This document shows, one piece after another, positions 11,170 to 18,332 of a stretch of 64,000 bases of DNA. The first letter of the stretch is position 1; each line of letters starts with the position of its first letter. Below the pieces are notes generated by a model. That model made no database searches, was not told where the DNA came from, and saw only the letters and a program-made list of their open reading frames with translations. The stretch is taken from positions 2,908 to 66,907 of the forward strand of contig CAZRRN010000008.1 in the NCBI GenBank assembly GCA_964602475.1. Direction: 5' to 3'. Both the position numbers and the translations under genes were made by a program. This stretch comes from an uncultured Lachnospiraceae bacterium. GTDB lineage: Bacteria; Bacillota; Clostridia; Lachnospirales; Lachnospiraceae.

Positions 11170-12543
11170 ATGATGAATGAAAAGAAACGGGAATTATTAA
11201 AACCGAAATTTTGGATGGGGCTGGTATGGTTTGCGGTTGTGATTGCGGTGATGATTTTTGGAATGGCACCGGTACAGATGACATTCGGCATGGCAGGGGT
11301 TGCAATTACAGAAGTAGTGCTATTAATTCTGGCTGTTCTTCCGGTCTTTTTCCTGAAATGGAAAGGGAAGGAGGTCTTTCCGTTCCGCAGAGCGTCCGGA
11401 AAACAGATTATCGGAACAATCCTTATCTGGCTCGGAGCATATCTCTTTGTTATGCTGTCAACAATGGTAATCGCCTACTTTTTCCCGGAGGAGCTGTTCG
11501 GAACTTCTTCGGCGTTGGGTACAATTTTTAACAGTATCAATCCGGTCGTTGCATTCCTGATTATTGCGGTTATGCCGGCATTCTGTGAAGAGATGCTGCA
11601 TCGTGGGCTGATTCGTTATACCTTTAAAAATGTGAAAAACAAATGGATTGTTGTTACGGCGATGGGAATTATATTTGGAATATTTCATCTGGACTTCGTC
11701 CGTTTTATACCGACTGCCGTGCTTGGAGCAGCACTAACCTATGTGATGCTGGAAACCGATAATATACTTTTGCCGATGCTGATACATTTCATCAATAATT
11801 CCATCAGTGCGTTTGCCACGCTGTCCGGCTCCGATGCTGTGACTGAGGAAGCGGTTGATCTTGCAGTGAATCAGATGAGCGGGTCGACGCTTGCGATGGG
11901 CAGCTACTGCATCCTTGCGGTTGCGGTACCGTTTTTGCTGCTCTTTGGAGGTGCCCTGCTGCGTGCAGGAAAACGGACTATACCGGCTCCGCAGGAGGAA
12001 GATGCTTCTGGTAATGAAACCTTGGTTGCAGTTAAGAGTAGTCCATCCGAAGCCCCGGTGGCAGTTAAGCGTAGTCCATCCGGGCTGACGATGAAGAAGC
12101 TTCTGATTGCCAGTATCTGTTCGGCACTCTTTTTTGTTGCCGGAGTGACACTTGTCATGAACGGAATGAAGGATGTTGATATGGAAGAACTGCTGAAGCT
12201 TGGTGGCTATGATGGTTTGATGACAGAATATGTTTCACAGTTTGACGTCCGTGAAACGCAAAAAGTCGTAAGAAATCTGGAATCCACCTATCCGGTCTCT
12301 GTTGTGGCGGATGGTAATTATTCATTTAATATAACAGTAGAAGGCGGCAGCAGTGAATGCACAGTGGAGGTCTTACTCTATGATACGGAAAATAATATTA
12401 TATACCGCTCGGGAGAAGCAGGAGAAATGACGTTGGTTAGTGAACCAATGTCCTTCACCTCCGGTGATTATATTCTGGCCTTCTATTACCACAGCCATGG
12501 ATTACAGGAAGACACCATCATTGTAAGAGCAGTTCTAAAGTAA
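11170..12543 (+). CDS. CPBP family intramembrane glutamic endopeptidase (CAAX protease/Abi) with C-terminal extracytoplasmic extension
   Basis: The CPBP motifs EExxxR (CEEMLHRG), FxxxH (FGIFH) and HxxxN (HFINNS) are present. The start is ambiguous among ATG 11158, 11170 and 11173. ATG 11158 has no spacing to any SD. Confidence 0.8.
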   Translation: MMNEKKRELLKPKFWMGLVWFAVVIAVMIFGMAPVQMTFGMAGVAITEVVLLILAVLPVFFLKWKGKEVFPFRRASGKQIIGTILIWLGAYLFVMLSTMVIAYFFPEELFGTSSALGTIFNSINPVVAFLIIAVMPAFCEEMLHRGLIRYTFKNVKNKWIVVTAMGIIFGIFHLDFVRFIPTAVLGAALTYVMLETDNILLPMLIHFINNSISAFATLSGSDAVTEEAVDLAVNQMSGSTLAMGSYCILAVAVPFLLLFGGALLRAGKRTIPAPQEEDASGNETLVAVKSSPSEAPVAVKRSPSGLTMKKLLIASICSALFFVAGVTLVMNGMKDVDMEELLKLGGYDGLMTEYVSQFDVRETQKVVRNLESTYPVSVVADGNYSFNITVEGGSSECTVEVLLYDTENNIIYRSGEAGEMTLVSEPMSFTSGDYILAFYYHSHGLQEDTIIVRAVLK

Positions 12544-12560
12544 CACCGGATTTAAAAAGC

Positions 12561-12603
12561 GAACAGGCGCCTGTTGGGGACAGACGCCTGTTCTTTGGGG
12601 TTT
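12561..12603 (+). terminator. rho-independent terminator after the CPBP gene
   Basis: GAACAGGCG (12561-12569) pairs with CGCCTGTTC (12585-12593) and is followed by TTTGGGGTTT. Confidence 0.7.
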
Positions 12604-12810
12604 AGAACAATATATTTAGGGGATCCATGTAATTGGGGATTACATGAACCTTTGGAAAGCAAGCTGATTTCGAATGTCTTTAACGCTTCGAATATTTCCG
12701 TAACAACCTCTATATTTTGTATATCGACAATCAAAACGAAAACTTTACACCCCAAATCTACATTTTTAACTTTTTTATTTATTTAACTAATTAAGCATAA
12801 TAAAATTGCA

Positions 12811-12838
12811 TTGACTTTTTTTTACTCCGGAATATAAT
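12811..12838 (+). promoter_or_regulatory. near-consensus sigma-A promoter, ~330 nt upstream of rsgA
   Basis: TTGACT (12811-12816), 16-nt spacer, TATAAT (12833-12838). Confidence 0.55.
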
Positions 12839-13173
12839 TACTCAGTTGCAATAATTATTTTGATTTATTGAAGGGGGCTGATTCTATTATGAATAAGAGA
12901 AGATTGGTGAGAACACGATAACCGGATAACGGTACGCTTGTTTACGGGCGTACAACAGCAACCTTTCGCGAATACTGTATGATGCAGACTTGCTGATTGG
13001 CGGGTCTTTTTTTGTTCCCAAAAATCAATTGGCAAAATGAAAAAGTGTTAAGTCACATCTACAAATCCGCAGATAACTGTATCAGTCGTTATGTGATAAT
13101 TTGGATTTATACAAACAAAGATACAGTTTGGGACGGTAAAGCGAAGAAACAGAACCAAAATAAGGAGAAAAGC

Positions 13174-14289
13174 ATGAAACAAATGAAACAGAAAACAATG
13201 ATGAAACAGGATGCAACGGTGAAACAGAAAGAAGCACTGAAACAGAAAGAAGCGCTGAAACAGGAAGCAACAATGAAACAGGAAACAATGATGAAACAGA
13301 AAGCAACAAGCAGAGCACGAATCGTCAGTGTCCGGAGAGAAAGCTACACCGTAATATTGGTACAAGAAGACAATGCCCCGGTAAATGATACAGAATATAC
13401 GGCTGTATTGAAAGGAACCTTTTATAAAGCCGGAGCGGAATACCCGATTATAGGAGATTATGTGGATGTTTGTTATAATCCGTCCGGTGAGTCCGTGATT
13501 GAACGAGTTTATCCGAGAAAAAGTGTCTTCCTGCGTTCCGATCAGTCCGGACATGCAGCGGGCTATGTAAAGAACATGAAGAGACAGGCTTTTGCAGCAA
13601 ATTTTGATGATGTATTCATCGTAACGTCACTGAATCAGAATTTTAATCTGGACAGGATTGCGAGATATATCAGCATTACGCTGCAAAGCGGCGCAGAACC
13701 GGTTGTAATCCTTACCAAGGCAGATCTTTGCGAGGATGTCAAAGCATATGAAACACAGGTTTGCGCACTGTCTGACCGTGCAGAGGTGATTGCAGTCAGT
13801 GCAGTCAGCGGATTTGGACTTGACAGGCTGAATAAGTATATGAAGAAGGGAGCTACCATTGCGCTTCTTGGTTCCTCCGGTGTCGGAAAATCAACCTTGA
13901 TCAATGCGGTTGCAGGAAAGGAGGTTATGACGGTCGGTACCATCCGGGAAGAGGATGGTAGGGGGCGGCATACAACAACGCACCGGCAGATTATCTACCT
14001 GCCGTCAGGAGTTGCGGTGATTGATACACCGGGAGTCCGTGAACTTGGGGTTGTACAGGCAGAGGAAGGAATTGATGATACTTTTGCTGATCTAACGGAG
14101 CTAACGGCTCTGTGCCGTTTCGGAAACTGTTCACACAGAACCGAGCCGGGGTGCGCAGTAAGGAGGGCACTGGAGAACGGGGAGCTTTCAGAAAAGCGTT
14201 GGAAAATGTATTGCAAGCTTCATGCTGAAAACAACTGGAGTACAAAAAAACTTTTTTCAACATCGAATAAACAGCTAACAGAAAAATAA
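13174..14289 (+). CDS. rsgA: ribosome small subunit-dependent GTPase A (RsgA/YjeQ) with repeat-containing N-terminal extension
   Basis: Circularly permuted GTPase order: TKADL (G4), then GSSGVGKSTL (G1), then DTPG (G3). There is a C-terminal Zn-finger (CRFGNCSHRTEPGC). The start is ATG 13174 after AAGGAG; the track's TTG at 12997 has no RBS. Confidence 0.9.
   Translation: MKQMKQKTMMKQDATVKQKEALKQKEALKQEATMKQETMMKQKATSRARIVSVRRESYTVILVQEDNAPVNDTEYTAVLKGTFYKAGAEYPIIGDYVDVCYNPSGESVIERVYPRKSVFLRSDQSGHAAGYVKNMKRQAFAANFDDVFIVTSLNQNFNLDRIARYISITLQSGAEPVVILTKADLCEDVKAYETQVCALSDRAEVIAVSAVSGFGLDRLNKYMKKGATIALLGSSGVGKSTLINAVAGKEVMTVGTIREEDGRGRHTTTHRQIIYLPSGVAVIDTPGVRELGVVQAEEGIDDTFADLTELTALCRFGNCSHRTEPGCAVRRALENGELSEKRWKMYCKLHAENNWSTKKLFSTSNKQLTEK
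13192..13299 (+). repeat. in-frame 18-bp (hexapeptide xxxxKQ) tandem repeat x6 in the rsgA 5' end
   Basis: The peptide reads KTMMKQ/DATVKQ/KEALKQ/KEALKQ/EATMKQ/ETMMKQ and is preceded by MKQMKQ. At DNA level GAAACAG recurs with an 18-bp period. Confidence 0.8.
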
Positions 14290-14371
14290 AATCACAATAC
14301 GAGATAATTAATGCAATACACTCACGAAACAAGAAGAAACGGTTGCCAAAGGAAATAAAGAGGAAATAGTA

Positions 14372-14400
14372 TTGAATAACTGAAGCAAATAGATTATAAT
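14372..14400 (+). promoter_or_regulatory. sigma-A promoter candidate for the TetR gene
   Basis: TTGAAT (14372-14377), 17-nt spacer, TATAAT (14395-14400). Confidence 0.5.
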
Positions 14401-14439
14401 ATGTATATTATTATTCACAAGACAAATGGAGAAGCGATT

Positions 14440-15072
14440 ATGCCGGAGTCAAAAACCAATATGAAGGATCGTATTCTGGAGGCAACCGTACAATGGAATA
14501 CAGAACACCCGTTTCAAGAACCGCAGCTTACCCAGCTTGCCGCTCTGGTAGGCATTTCATCAAGGACACTAAGCCGGTATTTTCCAAGTAAGGAGGATTT
14601 ACTTGGTCAGGCATCCATGAAGTACATTGCACAAAGAACAGAAGAATATAGAAATCTTCTTAAAATAATAAGCACGAGCGGATGTTCCGGCGTGAACCAG
14701 ATTCGAACCTTCTTATGTGGACAAAAAACAGCATTCCAGAACGATCCGCTCAGTATTCAGGTTTTTGCAGTTGCGAATATGAGGTGTGCCGAATATGCCA
14801 TAAAAAACAGACAGCCGTTCAGTATGGCATCAGGTGAAGTGCGGCAGCTTATTATAGCAATGCTCGAAGCAGGAAAAAAGGATGGATCAATCAGAGCCGA
14901 TCTTGATAACAGCTTAATGATCGAACTGATGACTGCAGGGTTTTACGGACTGATGCAGCAGATTGCCACGGTCTGTGCAACAGAATCAACTCATTATGAA
15001 GAGAAAAAAACAGTTTCATTATATAAGGAATTCTGCAGGATGCTAGAGTGGTATGTAGATCCGACACGGTAA
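14440..15072 (+). CDS. TetR/AcrR family transcriptional regulator
   Basis: N-terminal HTH (LTQLAALVGISSRTLSRYFPSKEDLL) and a helical C-terminal ligand domain. The start is ATG 14440 after GGAGAAG. Confidence 0.85.
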   Translation: MPESKTNMKDRILEATVQWNTEHPFQEPQLTQLAALVGISSRTLSRYFPSKEDLLGQASMKYIAQRTEEYRNLLKIISTSGCSGVNQIRTFLCGQKTAFQNDPLSIQVFAVANMRCAEYAIKNRQPFSMASGEVRQLIIAMLEAGKKDGSIRADLDNSLMIELMTAGFYGLMQQIATVCATESTHYEEKKTVSLYKEFCRMLEWYVDPTR

Positions 15073-15088
15073 TTTTTTGCATTTCTGT

Positions 15089-15098
15089 GACATATGTC
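15089..15098. promoter_or_regulatory. isolated exact copy of the GACATATGTC palindrome
   Basis: It lies in the context cTGTGACATATGTCTGTCa, in the 119-bp gap between the TetR gene and the REC-GGDEF-EAL gene. The 10-mer is the same as in the PadR operator array at 9640-9720. Confidence 0.6.
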
Positions 15099-15191
15099 TG
15101 TCAAATGAAAAAAAGTCTGGTAAAGGGGGATGCAGCGATATAAGGATAAAGAAAAAAGATATGCAATACTATACGAACAGGTGGTGTATTA

Positions 15192-17864
15192 ATGACTCAG
15201 AAGAAACAAATTCTTGTAGTGGATGACAATAATATCAATCGTGCGGTCTTATGTAAAATACTTAATGCTGACGGTTATAAAACCTTGGAGGCAGGGAACG
15301 GACAAGAAGCGCTGAATCTTTTGGCAGGGAAAGGCCGGGAAGCAGCATTGATGCTTCTGGATATTTCGATGCCGGTCATGAACGGATATGAACTGCTTGA
15401 CCAGATGACGCAGCAGGGCAGTATCACGCGGATACCTGTAATTATAACAACCGGAGCAGAGGATGAGAGCACAGAAGTAAGGTGCCTGGAACGGGGTGCA
15501 TCAGATTTCTTAAGAAAACCTTATAATGCAGAATTAGTACAGCACAGGGTTAAGAGTCTTCTTAGGTTGTGGGAAACCGCGGCGCTGATAAGCAGACTTG
15601 AAGTTGACCAATTAACCGGCGTTTACAGCAAGGAATTTTTCTATCGCCATGCAGAAGAACTTCTGGACAGGAATTCCGCTGACGTATTCAGTATTATTTA
15701 TGTGGACATAGATGATTTCAAAATGATTAATGCACGTTATGGCTCGGCAGCAGGGGATGAACTGCTTAGATATCTGGCGGCTTATTATCAGAAGCTTGTC
15801 GGGAAGGATGGAATCTGCGGACGAATTGGTGGGGATATCTTTGTTCTGCTAATGAAAGAAAGCAGAAAGAATAAAAAGAAGGAACCGGATTATTTTGACA
15901 CTTTGGAGTTTGCTGATGCACCTGTCAAGGGATTTCAATTAAAGTGCGGGATATATCCGGTTAAAAACAGAAGTTTGTCCATTGCGGATATGTGTGACCG
16001 GGCAAAGCTGGCAGTTGCAACAATTAAGCACCAGTATGGATTTCATTATGCAGTATATAGCGATTCCATGCTGACGCGTGCACTTAGGGAACATCAGCTG
16101 GCGGACGGGATGGAGGAAGCTCTGGAAAAAGGGCAGTTTTCTGTTTATCTTCAGCCGAAGCATTGTACAGAAAATAAAGCAGTAGCCGGAGCGGAGGCTT
16201 TGGTGAGGTGGAATCATCCGGAGCTTGGATTCATTTCTCCGGGAGAGTTCATTTCAATGTTTGAACGCAATGGGTTTATTACAAAAGTTGATGAATACAT
16301 GCTCAGAGAGGTCTGCCGGTTTCTTGGAAGATGGATCTCGCAGGGAATAACACCGGTTCCTATTTCTGTTAATATTTCACGGGCAGACTTTGTTTTGAAC
16401 GATCTTCCGGAACGAATTACCGGCTGTGTGGATGCTTATAATATCCCACATGAATTAATTCATCTGGAAATAACAGAATCTGCTTATACAAGTGATCCGC
16501 GTCAGATTATTGCAGATGTCTCTGCACTGCAGGATATGGGCTTTCTCATTGAGATGGATGATTTTGGGTCAGGCTACTCGTCACTGAATATGCTTTCCGA
16601 GCTTCCGATTGACATTTTAAAGCTGGATATGAGGTTTGTACAGAGCGGAAATGACCGGATAAAGGGCAGCAAGCGAAATATACTCAGCTTTATAATCAGT
16701 CTGTCAAAATGGCTTCAGCTTCCCACAATTGCGGAGGGGGTGGAGACGCAGGACGAATTTGACCAGTTAAAGGCGATGGGCTGTAATCTGATACAGGGCT
16801 TCTTCTTTTCAAAGCCGATGCCTGCGGAGGAGTTTGTAAGCTATATGGAAAAGCAACCTCTGAACTGTAATGCTGAAAAGACAAATGAGACTATCGAACT
16901 TCTGACTCCTGATTCATTTGAAACAGACGGGGAACGACCCCTTATACTTGTGACAGAGGATATCGAAAGTAATCGGGAAATTATGAGGGCGCTACTCTCT
17001 CCGTCCTATCGCGTAGCTCTGACCGAGAACGGAAAAGAAGCATGTGAATACCTTATGGCGCATCACAATGACATTGCATGTATGCTGCTTGACCTTCTGA
17101 TGCCGGTTATGGATGGATTTCAGGTGTTGGAATTCATGCAGTCGAATGGCATGATTAACGAGATTCCGGTAATAATCACAACGGAAACCGGAAGCAACAG
17201 TGAACTTCGGGCACTTCATCTTGGTGCGGACAGCTTTGTCGGAAAACCATATAATTCGGAGATTTTACTGCATCATGTCAGAAAAGCAGTAGAAGAGAAG
17301 AGCTTTTGGAAGCTTCGAAGAGAATTTGAAAACCAGAAGGGTGCACTTTATGAAAAAGCCTATTTGGACGAGCTGACAAATCTGCTTAATCGGCATGGGC
17401 TGTCGGAAGCAATGAATCGGCTGACATACAATGAAAAATACACGGCTGTTATACTTGACATTGATGATCTAAAGAAATTCAACGATACAGAAGGACATGC
17501 TGCCGGCGATGATGTAATCCGTACAGTAGCGGATGTTATTAAGAAGGAAACACGGGAGCGGGATATTATCGCACGAATCGGCGGAGATGAATTTATGGTT
17601 TTGTTTCGTGAAATGGACAATCCCAAAGTTGCTCTTTATAAGGGAACCAGATTGTGTATGCGGATTGGGGAAGCCGCGGTACCGGGGAAACAGTTTTTCC
17701 TTTCCTGTTCTGCGGGGATAACGCTGGCCTGTCAGTCAGAAACCTTTTCGGAAGTCTTCAAAAGAGCGGACACGGCACTGTATTATGCAAAACGGGAGAA
17801 AAAGGGAGGGTGTTGTCTATGGGAGAGCCAGATGTCCGTCAGAAATACAGAAACTAACGAATAG
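15192..17864 (+). CDS. dual-receiver c-di-GMP turnover protein: REC - degenerate GGDEF (GGDIF) - EAL - REC - GGDEF
   Basis: - REC1: VVDDN...LLDISMPVMNGYE.
- First cyclase domain has GGDIF in place of GGDEF.
- EAL domain is intact: EALVRW, EITES, DDFGSGYSSL.
- REC2: LVTEDIESN...LLDLLMPVMDGFQ.
- C-terminal GGDEF is intact (RIGGDEF) with an I-site RxxD (RERD) five residues upstream. Confidence 0.9.
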   Translation: MTQKKQILVVDDNNINRAVLCKILNADGYKTLEAGNGQEALNLLAGKGREAALMLLDISMPVMNGYELLDQMTQQGSITRIPVIITTGAEDESTEVRCLERGASDFLRKPYNAELVQHRVKSLLRLWETAALISRLEVDQLTGVYSKEFFYRHAEELLDRNSADVFSIIYVDIDDFKMINARYGSAAGDELLRYLAAYYQKLVGKDGICGRIGGDIFVLLMKESRKNKKKEPDYFDTLEFADAPVKGFQLKCGIYPVKNRSLSIADMCDRAKLAVATIKHQYGFHYAVYSDSMLTRALREHQLADGMEEALEKGQFSVYLQPKHCTENKAVAGAEALVRWNHPELGFISPGEFISMFERNGFITKVDEYMLREVCRFLGRWISQGITPVPISVNISRADFVLNDLPERITGCVDAYNIPHELIHLEITESAYTSDPRQIIADVSALQDMGFLIEMDDFGSGYSSLNMLSELPIDILKLDMRFVQSGNDRIKGSKRNILSFIISLSKWLQLPTIAEGVETQDEFDQLKAMGCNLIQGFFFSKPMPAEEFVSYMEKQPLNCNAEKTNETIELLTPDSFETDGERPLILVTEDIESNREIMRALLSPSYRVALTENGKEACEYLMAHHNDIACMLLDLLMPVMDGFQVLEFMQSNGMINEIPVIITTETGSNSELRALHLGADSFVGKPYNSEILLHHVRKAVEEKSFWKLRREFENQKGALYEKAYLDELTNLLNRHGLSEAMNRLTYNEKYTAVILDIDDLKKFNDTEGHAAGDDVIRTVADVIKKETRERDIIARIGGDEFMVLFREMDNPKVALYKGTRLCMRIGEAAVPGKQFFLSCSAGITLACQSETFSEVFKRADTALYYAKREKKGGCCLWESQMSVRNTETNE

Positions 17865-17878
17865 GAGAAGCTTGTAAT

Positions 17879-18226
17879 ATGAACCGATATAAACTGTTCA
17901 AAGCAGGAATCCATGCCAGTGAAGGAGTCGAACGAGTTGGCGGAAATGCAGAAGCTTATGAGTCGATGCTCGTTCGATTTCCAAAGGATCCGTATTTTTC
18001 TCGATTGTGCGAAGCGATTACTCAAAAGAATGTCGAAACAGCTTTTGAAGCAGCACATGCATTAAAGGGTATTGTAGGAAATCTCAGTATGAACAGAATG
18101 TATGATGATTTGGTTCCGCTTGTTGAACAGCTTCGGGGCGGAAGCATGGAAGGTGCAGACGAGCTGCTGTACGTTATCCGGCAGGATTACAATGCAGTAA
18201 TCGAGGCGGTGGAACAGATGATGTGA
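17879..18226 (+). CDS. stand-alone Hpt (histidine phosphotransfer) domain protein
   Basis: 115 aa, with the Hpt phospho-histidine motif AHALKGIVGNL in a four-helix-bundle-sized protein. Confidence 0.85.
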   Translation: MNRYKLFKAGIHASEGVERVGGNAEAYESMLVRFPKDPYFSRLCEAITQKNVETAFEAAHALKGIVGNLSMNRMYDDLVPLVEQLRGGSMEGADELLYVIRQDYNAVIEAVEQMM

Positions 18227-18291
18227 GGTGAGTAGTGTGAAAGATGAATCATTCACACGCAGCTTTGTGCCTGCGCGGTGCTTGACACAAG

Positions 18292-18324
18292 GTCTGTTAT
18301 ACGCAAAAAGCAGCGCAGGAATTG
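18292..18324 (+). repeat. 33-nt conserved 5'-leader element, copy B
   Basis: GTCTGTTATACGCAAAAAGCAGCGCAGGAATTG is identical to 11129-11161 at 31 of 33 positions. It ends 8 nt before ATG 18333. Confidence 0.85.
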
Positions 18325-18332
18325 AGTCTATT

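Noticed and set aside
12552-12786. ORFs 12574-12786 (+) and 12552-12755 (-) in the AT-rich gap after the CPBP gene.
   Set aside because: They overlap the terminator, lack RBSs, lie in AT-rich DNA and have no recognisable motifs. They are most likely non-coding.
12873-12900. GGGGGCTGATTCT at the start of the rsgA leader resembles the 5' end of E. coli tmRNA (GGGGCUGAUUCU...).
   Set aside because: - No GGATTCGAC acceptor/T-arm partner is present.
- There is no tag-peptide reading frame ending in a hydrophobic AA-stop.
- There is no 3' GGTTCGA...CCA-type T-arm anywhere in the following ~400 nt.
- The match is limited to 12 nt.
12997-13173. The N-terminal 59-codon extension of the rsgA track ORF, starting at TTG 12997.
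   Set aside because: It has no RBS and starts inside a T-run. The extension has atypical composition (MAGLFLFPKINWQ...). ATG 13174 has a perfect AAGGAG at optimal spacing.
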